Notes: a model not told the origin generated them from the sequence alone. A stretch of DNA of 64,000 nt from Octopus vulgaris (GCA_951406725.2 OX597829.1:10726001-10790000), one strand, 5' to 3'; shown: positions 1 to 13,730, counted from the first letter of the stretch. Numbers and translations: made by a program.

Positions 1-54
1 ATTTAGATGCACCAGAATTCTGTATGGTGTTAACCATAAAAATTCGCGGGGTGA

Positions 55-920
55 TTATAATCAAAATAAGTAACATGAATTACCTCAGTAATTTGGTACG
101 ATCGTTTCGTACTACATCATTTTATTAAATGTTGTAAGTATTACAACAGTTTTAAAATACTGAGCACTCATCAGCCAATTATAGAGGTTTTCCATTAATG
201 CAAAAATGTTCATATCAAGTGGCAACATTATAGAGAAGGGAGATAAATAAACAAAAATGTGGATTTAAATTTTAAGAAAATTTGAGGTAGTGGAGCCCAT
301 CAACTGACTGACTAAGATTCAGCTGTTCCAGACTACCGTAATGTTCTGAGAGGGAAGAACAAATGAAAAGGGACAATAAAGATTTTATAATTATAGAAAT
401 GGGGTAAAGGGGATGTCATAGCTCGATATAAGGAATTTGTGTAGAAGAGAGCATGGTCACAACTAAATTCCAATTGCTACTATTTGATGAACAGATTCAG
501 CGTTAGAAGAACTAGGTCAAAGTCAAATGGTCACAATAAAATTCACAGAGAATGCAGAGATCTTACAAACCCTATGCATATTAACACAACAGTTGGTCTA
601 TAAGTTCCAAGTACTTTGACACGTTAGAATAAAGGAAAAAATATAAATCTAAAATTTATTCAAATTTGGAGAAAGAGACTATCACTTATTATGAGTCAGC
701 ATAGTACTTATTATCTGGGGGAAACAACCTTATTAATCAAGTGAACATATTAGGGGTCAAAATATATACTGAGAAAGATGGAAGAGGGAAAATCAAAGAA
801 GGAAGATATTCATAGGTTGTATTTTATAATATGAAGAGTGGTAATTTAGAAGAGTAAATTATTCAAATTTCATGGATAGTGGGTTGATATTAATGAATTA
901 AAATATAGGATCTATTGGAG
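55..920 (-). mobile_element. Inverted 3' arm (pLTR) of the Penelope-like element at 920-4200
   Basis: About 58-140 is the reverse complement of about 4120-4202, and about 840-918 is the reverse complement of about 4032-4111. It carries an intact hammerhead motif. Inverted pLTRs are a known PLE architecture. Confidence 0.75.
91..180 (-). ncRNA. Type I hammerhead ribozyme with enlarged helix II
   Basis: Minus strand: TTGG-CTGATGA-GTGCT-(insert)-AGTAC-GAAA-CGATCG-TA-CCAA. Core is canonical, all three helices pair, helix III is palindromic. Confidence 0.85.
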
Positions 921-2160
921 AGATATAAATCACTCATTTTTGCTAAGAAACTCTCTCTCATATCTAGGGAAGAAATTGACATTATACTATTAGCTAGAAA
1001 AACTATCATCGAATTTGAAGGAAAATTATGGACTAGGGCGGATACCCCTAATAATTTTGATATATCCATGGGCTCAAGTGATTCTGCGGAGATAACCAAT
1101 CTGGTAGGAGCATAGAGATATCCCAGGATTACAAGGTGATCTATATAGGGATGATGCTTTGTTTATTGGACCTAGCAACAATAAATCAAGTATTGAGAGG
1201 ATAAAAAAAAATTAGTAAATTTTTCAAATATTTTAACCTAGGCATTACGTATGAACCTAACACCAAAATAGTTAATTTCCTAGTTGTTACCTTAGACCTA
1301 AATTCAAAGTTACATTACCCATTTAGAAAGAAGGGCGAAGTTACCAGATATGTAAGTAAGTCATCCAATCACCCACCAAATATACTAAAATCATTAGTTA
1401 AAAATATTTCTCAAATACAAAATTATCATCAAATAGTGAAATCTTTAACTCTCACTCTAATCATTATAATGTTGCATTATCTAAGGCTGGATATGACCAG
1501 GAAATCACCTTCCTAGATATTGATAGCTTAAATCTCCTAAATAATGTAGTGAATGTATATGACTTAAGTAATATAGACTCTCATACCCTACATAAACATA
1601 AATCAATAGAGGAAAAGAACCTAGTGTATAAACCTAATTATAAGAATAGAAATAGTAAACAGATCGTAAATAAATATGAAAATGCTAACCTAGATAAACC
1701 CAATAGGCATAAAAATAATACTAAAAGGAATAATAATTCTCGTTTGACTACTGATAACACTAATCCTCCCCACTCTTACTTAAACAAAAACATAAAAGAG
1801 AATATGTCATCTGGTTAAATATCCCCTTTAATAGTGCGAACACGACGAATGTGTACAGTAAATTTATGTCTATACTGGAAAAAAAATTTTCCAGCCTCCC
1901 ATAGATATCATAAAATAATTTCTAGGAAATCAGTGAGAATTTCATATTCCACTCTCCCAAATATGGCTACCATAATAGCTAGACTTAATAGTAAAAACAT
2001 TAAGTTAGCCAGGAGTAGAATGAGTAGTAACAACAATGATAGTAATAATAATTGTAAAATAGCAATAATAATAATAATAATGGTAATAATAATAATAATA
2101 ATAATAATATTAATAATGATGATGATGATAATAATAATGATATTGATAATGATGATGATG

Positions 2161-2221
<61 letters not shown>

Positions 2222-2223
<2 letters not shown>

Positions 2224-2771
2224 GATGCAGTACCAGGCAGTGGCTCTCATGGCTTCTGATCTTAACTGATTGGAAGTGTTATCATCTACATTGTTTTGTC
2301 TTGGTATAAAAGATGGGCTACAGCAAATATTCTGCTCAATACCACAGATTTGCTTGTCAGTTGTTTGACCTTAACCAGTTGAGCATGTCCGTTAGTGGCT
2401 GACGATATGTGCATCTCTGATCACGAGCAGAAGTAGTGGGGGAGCATCATAGCCATGTGTTGAGAGGGATTCTTTAGGGTTTGAATAATTCACCTCTGGA
2501 AACATGGGTGGTTCTTTCAACATCCTTAAACAACCCTTATTCAGGGACCTTTTGAGCGGGATGGGCTACTCAACCTGAAGAAAATTCTAACTGGGCCCCA
2601 CCTGCAAGGTCATGTGCTGTTTATCTTGATATGAGATCACCATGTCGCGCACATATGGTGTGATGCATGTGCCTGGTGTACCTTTATCAGACGGGTAGAC
2701 ATGATGGGTATATTGGGTTTCGTATATTTTACCCCAGTGTCACTTTGATGGCATGCACTGCTCTCTCACTC

Positions 2772-2772
<1 letters not shown>
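2222..2772 (+). mobile_element. About 550-bp non-coding element embedded in (TAA)n
   Basis: Flanked by (AAT)n on both sides. A near-identical copy lies inverted at about 42912-43460. Confidence 0.8.
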
Positions 2773-2803
<31 letters not shown>

Positions 2804-3497
2804 CAACAACAACATTGATATAAATAGTGACAATAGCAATATCAATAATATAGGTGGTATAGATAAAAGTATGGTAGGTGATAATAATGAGGATGGATTA
2901 ATAATTAGTAATCCTAGTTTGCATAACGACGTAATTACTAATAGTGAAAATAATACTAATACTAACAATAATTTAAAAAACAGTAATGGAAGTGAACTGT
3001 CCTTAAATAATTCCAGTACCGGACACTATCCCCCCTGTGGTAATTGTAGGATTAGATCAAAATGTCCGGTGTCTGGCCGTTGTTCGGTCCGAAACCTGAT
3101 TTATAAATGCACGATAATAACTTCAAACAATAGCTTTCTTTATTTCGGTTGTCTAAAAAACGTCTAAACAATCATTTTTCCTCTTTTAGGCTCAAACATA
3201 AAGCAGGTTGCACAAAACTATCTAGCAAAATTTGGGAACTAAAAACAAATAATATAGAATTCAACCTAAAATGGGATATAGTTTGAAGAGCGCAACCTTA
3301 TAGAAATAGTAGGGGTAGTTGTCAACTTTGTTCTATGGAAACTTATGAAATTTTGAAACATCAGAGTAATACAAATCTGTTGAATAACCGTTTGGAGCTG
3401 GGAGCATCTTGTATACATCGTACGACCCGAACGTTTAAATACTTTAAGTAATATTTTTGTGATTATTCCTATATTTTTCAGATTTTAATTCTTTATA

Positions 3498-3995
3498 ACC
3501 AAATAAGTAGGAATATACCATAATAGCTTTCAATTTAACATTTATAGATGACTAAAATAACTTTACTACAAACTTAAAATTAAATTATTCTTTTTTCTAA
3601 AATTAAACTGTATGAATCAAAATAGTTGGAATCCTGAATAGCATGAATCACAAATTGTAAGAATACTAAATAGTATGAATCCTATGTCCATAAAGAAACT
3701 ATTCAGTTCACCTTGATTATCTCACTTCCATTTCTTAATATATAATTAGTCCAAGATATCTTTACAAAATATATTTAACCAAATAGGAACGAATATACCA
3801 TAGAGGTTTTAGTTTATCACCCATAAATGATTAAAAAAAATTCATTGCAAACTTAGAATTAAATTCTTCTTTTTTATAATGTTCTCCCAATACTAAGCAG
3901 CATTAATCCTATGTCCCTAGGGAAACTATTTGCTTCATCTTGATTATCTCACTCCTGTTTCTTAATATATAATTAACCTAAGATATTTTTACCTA
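3498..3995 (+). repeat. Diverged direct duplication (period about 280 bp) in the PLE 3' UTR
   Basis: AACCAAATA..GAATATACCATA..AAACTTA.AATTAAATT..TTGATTATCTCACT..TTTCTTAATATATAATTA occurs at about 3498 and about 3777. Confidence 0.7.
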
Positions 3996-4213
3996 ACTAA
4001 TTAACTTTTACCCGCAGGTAGTAAATTTATTTCCAATAGATCCTATATTTTAATTCATTAATATCAACCCACTATCCATGAAATTTGAATAATTTACTCT
4101 TCTAAATTACCTCTCAACAACTTACAACATTTAGTAAAATGATGTAGTACGAAACGATCGTACCAAATTACCGGAGTAATTCTTGTTGCTTATTTTGATT
4201 ATATATATATATA

Positions 4214-4313
<100 letters not shown>

Positions 4314-4418
4314 GTGCGTGTTTAAATAAATGGAGCACTAGCACACACCACAACATATGACGATAGAGGATCCCGAAAACATAATAAATACACAGGTAAA
4401 TAAACAAATAGAAATAAG

Positions 4419-4489
<71 letters not shown>

Positions 4490-5019
4490 CTCGATTTATT
4501 AATATTTTTACTGGAATTGTTGTTATACATACATACAAACCTATGTAATGATAGGTGGATGTAAACACATGAACAAAATAAGAATAAACAAAAACAACAA
4601 CAAAAACAAAATACAAATTACATGAACGTATATAAACAGAAGATACAAATATTACAGGCATCCCCCCACATACACACACTAAATAAACATAGACGCACAT
4701 AGAGATATAAGCATAAGCAAATACAGATATACAATAGAAATACAAAATGGCTCACGGTTAGTAAAGAGAGAAACAAAGAAGAAAGAAGAAAACAAAGGAC
4801 CACTCATTCGGTCAAAGGAGTGTGACGAAAGAACTCTGGCCGATATAAGATTAAGATTAATGTAAAAAATAAATAACACTGAAGCAAAATAACACCAAAT
4901 ATATAGTGCGTGTGTTTATTGGCTAAACTGGCAAAATATCCATTCCGAAATATAACAATATCTGTTTCAACACACGACTTCACATAAAAAATCTTGCACA
5001 ACAAATATTTAAATGTGTA

Positions 5020-5058
<39 letters not shown>

Positions 5059-5458
5059 TTAAAATGAGGGTGAGAAATTAGATATTAATTTAATTAACAT
5101 CGATTTCACACCAGTGGTCTAGCTTATAAAAAAATGAAGGTTCATTAGAATTGTATTTCCCTCTAACATGTATATATATATATATATATATATATACTTA
5201 ACATGCATACATCATAGATAGACAGATAGATACATAGATACATAGATATACGTATTCGTATGTATGTTTGAGTATACATGTGTATGCTTGCGTTGGCGAG
5301 GTGTTGAGTGTTGTGCCTTGTGCACTCTCATTCATTCAGATATCACGTTTAGATTCACTAAATAATAAACCTCAATCTACTAGCTCGAGGCACACATTCA
5401 CGCCTTCTAACATATGCTCTGTCACTTTAGTACAATGATGTCATTTCTCAGGGGCAAA

Positions 5459-5491
<33 letters not shown>

Positions 5492-6145
5492 ATGAGACCC
5501 GTGGGTGAATGGTAAAGAAAAGCAAGGTTCTAGATCTTGCTCTGCGGAATTTGTACTGCAGCGCCGCTGGGGAAGAACAGGACTCCGCATTTTTTTTTCT
5601 TTTCAAAGAGACTGTTATAAACAGCTGTTTCCGTTACCTACATGTTGGTAGTTGGCTGGGATTGATAGTTTACTCTTGTTGGGGATGAGACACTCAAAGA
5701 ATTTTTTAAAGACAGATAAATTTCTTGTTGAATGAAACAAAGAGAAGTTGGAAACTTTGACCAGAATATTGAATGACTTCGGAATAACAATCTTCGTTGT
5801 TGTTGTTATTATTATTGTTGATATTTCAATTCCGAAGCGGGAAAATGCGTATATTTTAAATTCCTGACAATTGAGAATACTAGTAGTGGCAAAAAAACTG
5901 TGAATTATTATAGAATTCGTTATCTCAAGTATATGAAACCGAGAAAGTGTAATTTGGTTTCTTGGTAACGAATTCTCAATGGAGGAAATTCAGCTAGCCA
6001 TGTAGCTAGTAAAGAAATGAAAGAATACAGTGTTGTCTGTCATCGCTATCAGAAAAGCTGTCGTGATGACAGGATATGAAGAGAACAGAGGTAGGGAGCC
6101 AGCTGATATCGGACTTATACCGTCGGGGAAAATAAAAAGGCTCAC

Positions 6146-6177
6146 ATGATAGGTGACAGCAACCGTGGACATTCGAG
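6146..6177 (-). CDS. Candidate 32-nt second exon of the host gene (A-RMSTVAVTYH)
   Basis: Acceptor ttgttttcgctacag and donor gtgagc. Phase-compatible with the phase-1 donor at 13777. Speculative. Confidence 0.25.
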
Positions 6178-6959
6178 CTGTAGCGAAAACAATGAGTAAT
6201 TATAACACCGACTCACTGCCTATTTCCCTAAGGGATACAATGAAGAAGTCTCTGTGAGATAGCCCGACCGACCGGCTAGAAATAGCACCTAAATTCCCTT
6301 CAACTTTGCCGTGTTTTTTTTTTAATTTATTAGGACGGCATGGTGATTAATGCAGTCTTGGGCTCCCTACTTACATGGAAAAATATTGGATGGTCACTGC
6401 TGAGACTGGAATATCTTTAAACATAGGACTGCATGGTCAAGACCCACCTGGAGCTACACAAAAACAACCCATTGAGATATGTCGCGAAATTACTAGCTAA
6501 CAACAACAACCATAGCAAAGGTAGCGTGACCCAGCTACCAACAAGAACAACTATGAGGACATCATGATACCAGTAATTTACTATAAAAGAAAGCAATAAA
6601 AATGAAAGCGAAAACTTTAAACCATAGTAATGACAAAAATACCACAAACATCTAAACCGACAACAAAACCTGAAAAAACAACAACAACAGCGAAAATGGT
6701 CTCTGTTTTAGGCACAAGGTCAGCAGTTTTGAAGGGAGAAGAGTAGTTGATGTCTTCTGCTCCATTGGTATTTTATTTTATTGAGCCTGGATGGATGAAA
6801 GGCAAATTTGGTCTCAGCGAGATTTGAACTTAGTACCGGGATGAATGCCGAATGCAGCAATAAAACCTTTCATCCGACGATTTAATGTTTCTCGCAATGC
6901 CCAAGGGTGAAGGATGGAACCTCACTGGCTACAGGAAGTATCGCTAAATTTCATGAAAC

Positions 6960-7004
<45 letters not shown>

Positions 7005-7006
<2 letters not shown>

Positions 7007-7163
7007 GGCTTCTTTCAGTTTCCGTCTACCAAATCTACATACAAGGCTTTGGTCGGCCCGAGGTTTATAGTACAATATACTTGCCCAAGGTGCTACGCTG
7101 TGGGACTGAACCAAGAACCATGTGGTTGGTAAGCAAGCTACCTACCACACACCCACTCCTGCG
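7005..7163 (-). mobile_element. tRNA-derived SINE, family A (5' half)
   Basis: Minus strand GGAGTGGGTGTGTGGTAGGTAGCTTGCTTACCAACCACATGGTTCTTGGTTCAGTCCC (A/B-box-like head). Matches many copies in the window. Confidence 0.8.
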
Positions 7164-7877
7164 TAAAGTAGGATTTTTGAAACATCGAATGGCTACGACA
7201 GTCTATACGAATATAATAGAAATCAAAGGGGTCCATAGGTAGAAAATTATTGAGAATCGCAGGTTTAGTTGGTCAATAAGTAATGGGCAGCGTCTGTGCC
7301 TTTTATATTTTCGGAAACAAAGTGATGAAGTTACTCCCAAAACCAGAGACTTGTTCCCAAGTGCTGCTTGAAACAGAGAGGACTTTAGCAAACGTAAACG
7401 AGTTCCACGTGCTTGTATTAAGCCAATCAACGAAGTAAGTCTACAGAACAAAAAAAAACAACAAAAAACTGAAAGTTAAGCACGGCAACAAATGTTGTAA
7501 AGTATCTAATTCTGTGACCATTCCGCTAACCCTTCGTTTTGGACAAGTATATAATTTGAGAGCCTTCAAAACGATGAAAGGCAAAGGTAACTATAGCAAC
7601 ATTTGAAAACTTACAACACAGAAAACCAAAACGAATACCCTGTCTTTCCGCACCACAACATCACCTGAAATTCTCCTACCCATGGCTTACCTGCAGTTGT
7701 TAACATACAACAGTTTAATCTCATCAGCCTTCAAATGTTTGCAATGACCACTTTGCTATTCCTTCCTGCTGATGAAATTAATAAGCATAACAAAACAATA
7801 AAATGCAGTTGTCACGTTAAAATGTCTTTGATCATATGTCTATCCAATAACGGCTAACCTGCGGTTAAATAGTTCTT

Positions 7878-8050
7878 TCCACTATAGGCGAATTGTCTGA
7901 AATTTCGTGGGAAAGTGGAGGTGGCTAGTCGATTGTTTGACTGGCATTTATTTTATCGGCCCAGAAAGGATGAAAGGTAAAGTCGACCTCGGCAAAATTT
8001 AATCTCAGAGCGTAAAACCGGAAGAAATACGATGATTCTGCCAGCTCGCA
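7878..8050 (-). mobile_element. tRNA-derived SINE, family B (Nin-domain-like)
   Basis: GCCGAGGTCGACTTTACCTTTCATCCTTTCTGGGCCGATAAA is shared with 32730-32937 and 45905-46110. A more degenerate copy lies at about 6705-6900. Confidence 0.65.
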
Positions 8051-8286
8051 TCCGTTACCTATGGTACCGTAAATGAATGATGATGATTAACGTACATCAT
8101 TTCGGGATGAGTAAATTATGAATCTGTAATATATAGTGGTTCAACTATCTCTGTCATTTAAATATGTAGCATTAGAAATTATTGTGTAGCGTCACCGAAC
8201 ACTGAGTGCATACGTTCGCTGCACTGATATTCATCTCCATCACGCTAATATTAAATTTTTAAATTTCGTAGAGGAAAAACATTTCC

Positions 8287-8349
<63 letters not shown>

Positions 8350-9559
8350 TTTATGGATGTTCGACGAGTTTATCGATGGGGATCAAGAGGTTTAGGGAGC
8401 CCTTGTAATTCTTAGGTGCGACTTTCCCTTCAAACTGCTGTCAACTAGCTCACCAAGGAAATTAAACTGTACTCAGTAAATAAATATATAAATAAATAAA
8501 TACTTTTGTGCGAAGTCGGTGCGTTGTTCGTGCTACTTCGAGGTGATAAATGACAAAATTTATTGCTATATTCGCTGCTGCACTACATCTCAAAGTTTAG
8601 AAATATTATTTAAATTTGTAACTACCTGTGACACGTCATAATTATCTGGTTTGGTTTACATGCGGTGAATGCCTGAGAAATAAAGTTTAATTTTCAAGAA
8701 GCTGTAACTGTAATGCCGTTTCATGTCTCTTTTAAGCTACCTTACATGAATAACAATGCCAAAAGCCTGTATCAATGACTAGTATTAATGCAAAATTCAA
8801 TACCGAAGAGTAGCAGTCTGCTCCAGAATTCATGACTAAAAAAATCTACTGGGGAATATTGTTCATCTTTGGGGCTGTTGTTGCTATACGCAAAAGAGAT
8901 CCTATATTCCGCCAATTTAACTCATTCACACATTTGTGTCTCGTCAACTTTGTTGTGTCTCCCGCCTAAGTATCTCAATGGCCATTTGCCTACTATCCTC
9001 GCAGTACCTCAAACCCTCTGAAACACTTTACCATAGACATCTCACTTGCAGACATGTTGACTTATAGGTTCTGAAAATAATCGATAAATTCGACATGGGG
9101 TCGAGAATCTAAGCTTATCATATGCTACACATTTTCCGTTGTAGTTTTCGCAACTTGAAATCGATTTTCACCAAACTCATGGTGAAGCTTAATGTTACCT
9201 TAAGGAACTTAATTCTGACGTTAGTTTTCCATGCAATAACATACCATAAGAAAAAATCGATAAAATCATGCCATTTTGGGAAATCGCGTTCAAATTCAAG
9301 ATGATATTTTCGACAATATCTTTAAGAAATTGGTAGGAATTTTTTTTGAAATTCACAGCGAGCAACATGCTGCTCCAAGGAGCTATATGGCTCTTTTGAT
9401 TCCAATAGGATACGTTATTACTGGAAAAAATCGGTTAATTACATCATATGTTGCACACATAGCAAACCTATTTTTCTGCGATATTTTTGGAAAGTTCACA
9501 TAGATTCTCCCTACACCGATGTTGGACATGAAGTTTGCATTAAGTGTCAAACTAACGAC

Positions 9560-11333
9560 CAGCAACGTGGGGGGATTTACTTCCTTGACGCACCTGGCGG
9601 CACTGGCAAAACCTTCGTCACGAAACTAATTCTGGCGGAGGTCAGACGCAACACGGACATTGCCCTGGCTGTAGCTTCCTCTGTAATCGCGGCCACGTTG
9701 CTTCCGGGTGGCAGAAACACCCACTCTGCCTTCAGACTCCCGCTCGATCTGGCAAAGTCCGAGTCACCTATCTGCAACATCGCCAAGAACTCAGAACAGG
9801 CCGACATTCTGCGCAGATGTAAACTCATCGTATGGGATGAGTGCACTATGACACACAAAGACGCCCTTGAGGCACTGGACAGGTCCCTGCAAGACATCAG
9901 AGACTCTACGGCCCCCATTGGAGGATTGACTTTACTTCTTTCAGGAGACTTCAGGCAGACTCTACCTGTTATTCCTAAAAGAACCCGTGCCGATGCCGTG
10001 CGCGCGTGCTTAAAGTCATCAACTCTTTGGGCACATGTGTGGCCTTTGCACCTCCAAGCTAACATGCGCGCGCAGTTGATTGGTGACAGCGGATCCGCCG
10101 CATTCTCCAGGGACCTTTTATCGCTCGATGAAAATAGGATGCCAGCTGATGCGGACGGCTGCGTTCAATTGGACTCACTTTGCACCACTGTCGACACCCC
10201 TGCTAGCCTCCGGGACGCTGTCTTCCATGACCTACAAAACAATTTACGCGACCTAAAATGGCTGGCAGGCAGAGCTATTCTCGCACCCCAAAATACAACC
10301 GTCAACTCCATCAATATCCAGCTACTTGAAGCTATTCCTGGTGATGTCCACGTCTACAAATCTATAGATAAGACAGCAGACCCCGCCGAGCTTGCCGATT
10401 ATCCCGTTGAATTCCTGAATTCACTTGAACCGCCAGGCTTGCCACCAGACATCCTGAAGTTAAAAGTCGGTGCGCCCATTATGCTCATCAGGAATTTGGT
10501 TCCACCTAAACAGTGCAACGGCACACGTCTGGTTGTGAAACATTTGGCACCACATTTAATAACGGCCACAATACTTACCGGTTATGGGAAGGGACAGTAC
10601 GTCTTCATTCCACGCATGCACCTTCAACCGTCGGGTACTGACCTACCAATCCACTTCAGGCGTTCTCAGTTTCCTGTTAAACTCTGCTTCGCAATGTCCA
10701 TCAGTAAATCCGAAGGTCGCTGGGTTACATTTGGGCGAACAGTGCTTCGCCCACGGTCAACTCTACGTGGGCTGTTCACGCGTTGGGAGGTGCAATGATG
10801 TTTTCATGTTTTCGCCCAGAGGGACAGCTAGGAACGTCGTATACACAGAAGTATTGGAGTGAAGAGAAGACGTTGCAACCTACATATGATCCTTCGTTCC
10901 CTAGAGAGAAAAGACTAGATCGGGATTAGTTGTTGCCTACTAGAGGCTCCCGAGCCCCCTTTCGCTAGACTTAAGTTAGGATTAGGTAGGGCCTATCTGT
11001 GGTCCGAACCCAACTTGGGTTCGGGGTGCGGTGTCAAAAAGTCCGGCATGTGCAACCTTATCACCTCTGCCTGTCAAACTCCCAACCCATGCGTTCCCGT
11101 TGTGACACTGATCCCACAGAACTGGGTTGGTTGTGCTAAACAAAACCAGAAAATGCACTTTGACTGTCATAGATTTTCTTCATGCATGCAAGGGAACGGT
11201 GCCTTTAATGCCTTTTAGGCTTCATTTTACAAAATAACGGTTCAATGAGTACAAAAAAGGGCAAAAAGGTAAAGGGCATTGCTTATCGACAAAGTTTCTT
11301 ACATACCCGGGCAACGCCGGCCTATGCTGCTAG
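9560..11333 (+). mobile_element. Helitron, 3' portion
   Basis: PIF1-type helicase followed by a subterminal hairpin CCCGGGCAACGCCGG (about 11306-11320) and CTAG|T terminus at about 11330-11334, abutting (TA)n. Confidence 0.88.
9581..10862 (+). pseudogene. PIF1-family SF1 helicase domain of Helitron RepHel, frameshifted near 10710
   Basis: FLDAPGGTGKTF, LIVWDE, GDFRQTLPV, RAILAP.N, LKVGAPIMLIRNL, CNGTRL, QFPVKLCFAMSISKS, then +frame F.HGQLYVGCSRV and NVVYTEVL. The expected QGQSL after KS is deleted. Confidence 0.92.
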
Positions 11334-11396
11334 TATATATATATAGGGGAGAGTGAGAGAGTCAGGCAGACAAAAGACAGACAGACAGACAAACAA

Positions 11397-11454
<58 letters not shown>

Positions 11455-11509
11455 TGATAGATAGATACACACACGCACACACATATAGATATAGATATAG
11501 ATATATATG

Positions 11510-11851
11510 AGAAGGAGACTCCCTTCGGTCATGACTGACCTTGGGAATGCACCAAGAAAATTACCCTCCGAGACACAAGTCCAGATAAGGTTGTTTGTAG
11601 AAGGCCAGCAATTGCACATGCATACCAGGCTCCCCTCACCACGCCACCAATGTTATCCAAGCGAAAAGCAAAGGGGCCGATACAACCTGGCACCAGTGAC
11701 GACGTGGAAACTCCTTTCTGCAGTTGAATAAACTAGAGCAACGTGAACTAAAGTGTCTTGCTCAAGAACACAACAGACAGCCCTGTCCAGGAATCAAACT
11801 CACAACCTCACGATCGTAAGCTCTACGCTATAGCCACTGAGCCATATGCCT
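11510..11851 (-). mobile_element. tRNA-derived SINE, family C
   Basis: Minus-strand head GGCATATGGCTCAGTGGCTATAGCGTAGAGC...GTGAGTTTGATTCC, then a GTGTTCTTGAGCAAGACACTT core typical of V/Meta-type SINE central domains. Confidence 0.7.
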
Positions 11852-11880
11852 ATACATAGACACACGCACGCACGCACACA

Positions 11881-11935
<55 letters not shown>

Positions 11936-12043
11936 TCACAAATACATATGCAGAAACATGTGGGCAACGACAAAGAACCAACTAATCAGAACTGCAACTG
12001 TGATCCAGATGATTATGGGAAACCGCCTTCAAAGTAAGCAAAT

Positions 12044-12045
12044 AA

Positions 12046-12101
<56 letters not shown>

Positions 12102-12105
12102 TTAT

Positions 12106-12179
<74 letters not shown>

Positions 12180-12180
12180 A
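12044..12180. repeat. (AGT)n microsatellite
   Basis: Directly visible. Explains the poly-Val ORF. Confidence 0.95.
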
Positions 12181-12579
12181 AAAATGATGATGGCGACGAC
12201 GATGGCATTAGACTTTCATGATTGCCACAAACATTTTTGACCAGTTTAGGTTACAACTGAGTGACCCTTGACTAAAAAGGGGGACCGCGATTAGCGCTTG
12301 AGTTAACAAAATTGCATTAAATCTACTTCTTCATAGTTTTGAAGCAAAAATAATCTGATCTGCTAAAAACAATTTATATTAACCAGTTCTTTCTTCTTTG
12401 AAAATAGGAAAAATAGGAAAGAGATTTTGTGAAATATCAAAAAGAGATGTAGATCCTGAACCAAAAATATACCATACTAATTTTATTGTGCTGCAGTTCT
12501 TGTTGTTGTTGTTGTGGTTCATGTTAGTATTATTATCGTCGTTGTTTGTATGAAAGTGTCCCGGTGGCAATAACGTAGA

Positions 12580-12689
12580 AATGATGTTGATGATAATGAT
12601 AATAATAATAATAATAATAATAACAGCAACAACAACAACAACAACAATAATGATGATGAATATGATGATAATTATTATTGTTATTATTA

Positions 12690-12775
<86 letters not shown>

Positions 12776-13098
12776 GTTATCATAATCATCGTCATCATTA
12801 TTATCCTCATCATCATCATCATTTCTATGTTTTTGTTTTATGTATTGTGCATAATAGGAAGCCAGTTGAATTACAAAGGGAGTAATATATATATGTGTGT
12901 GTGTGCGAATTAGTATCGGTATATATATATATGTGTGTTTGCGAGTGTGCTTGTGTGTGTGTGTGTGTGTGTGTGCTTGTGCGCGCGAGTGTATATATGT
13001 ATTTGTATGTATTTATATATGTATTTATATATATAAACAGACACACACATATACATATATATGCATGTATATACATAAATATACATATCTGCATGTAT

Positions 13099-13157
<59 letters not shown>

Positions 13158-13294
13158 ACTATACATGCGTTCACATATACATGCATGCAGATATTTGTGT
13201 GTGTACATGTATTTGTACATGTATGTATATATGTATATTTGTTTGAATATATATACATATACGTATATGTGTATATATATATATCATATATTAC

Positions 13295-13337
<43 letters not shown>

Positions 13338-13466
13338 ATTTATATATATAAATATATATAAATGTATATATATCAATATATATACACATATAATCATTTA
13401 TACACACAAACACATACACACAGACGAACCCTGAGCAAGAGTTTGAAAGACGTGTGTGCGTGTGTA

Positions 13467-13505
<39 letters not shown>

Positions 13506-13645
13506 TTACATGTCTGTAGGTGCGTTTCAATCGACCGTGTGTATGTATGTGAACGTCTTTGTGCGTCCTTCCGTCTTGATATGCGAATTAAATGTTTGAA
13601 ATCGTACCTACATCTATAGTTGTGTACCTAAACATTTACATTCAG

Positions 13646-13728
<83 letters not shown>

Positions 13729-13730
13729 CT
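12580..13730. repeat. Compound microsatellite block (ATT/AAT, TG, TA, CA)
   Basis: Directly visible. Confidence 0.9.

Larger units (their letters stand above)
920..4200 (+). mobile_element. Penelope-like element, 5'-truncated and decayed (RT + GIY-YIG), interrupted at about 2060-2810
   Basis: RT motifs FDISMGSSDSAEI (about 1060), LYRDDA (about 1141) and VNFLVVTL. GIY-YIG region C..SGRC.VRNLIYKC..YFG (about 3060-3150) and a C-terminal C.LC..E motif. Multiple stops and frameshifts. Confidence 0.88.

Noticed and set aside
5090-5156. Minus-strand CTAATGA...GAAATCGATGTT hammerhead-like pattern
   Set aside because: G5 is mutated and helices II and III do not pair convincingly. Possibly a decayed motif, but not supportable.
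7691-7768. Minus-strand segment with good acceptor and CAG|gtaagc donor
   Set aside because: Stop codons in all three frames, so it is not a coding exon of the upstream gene.
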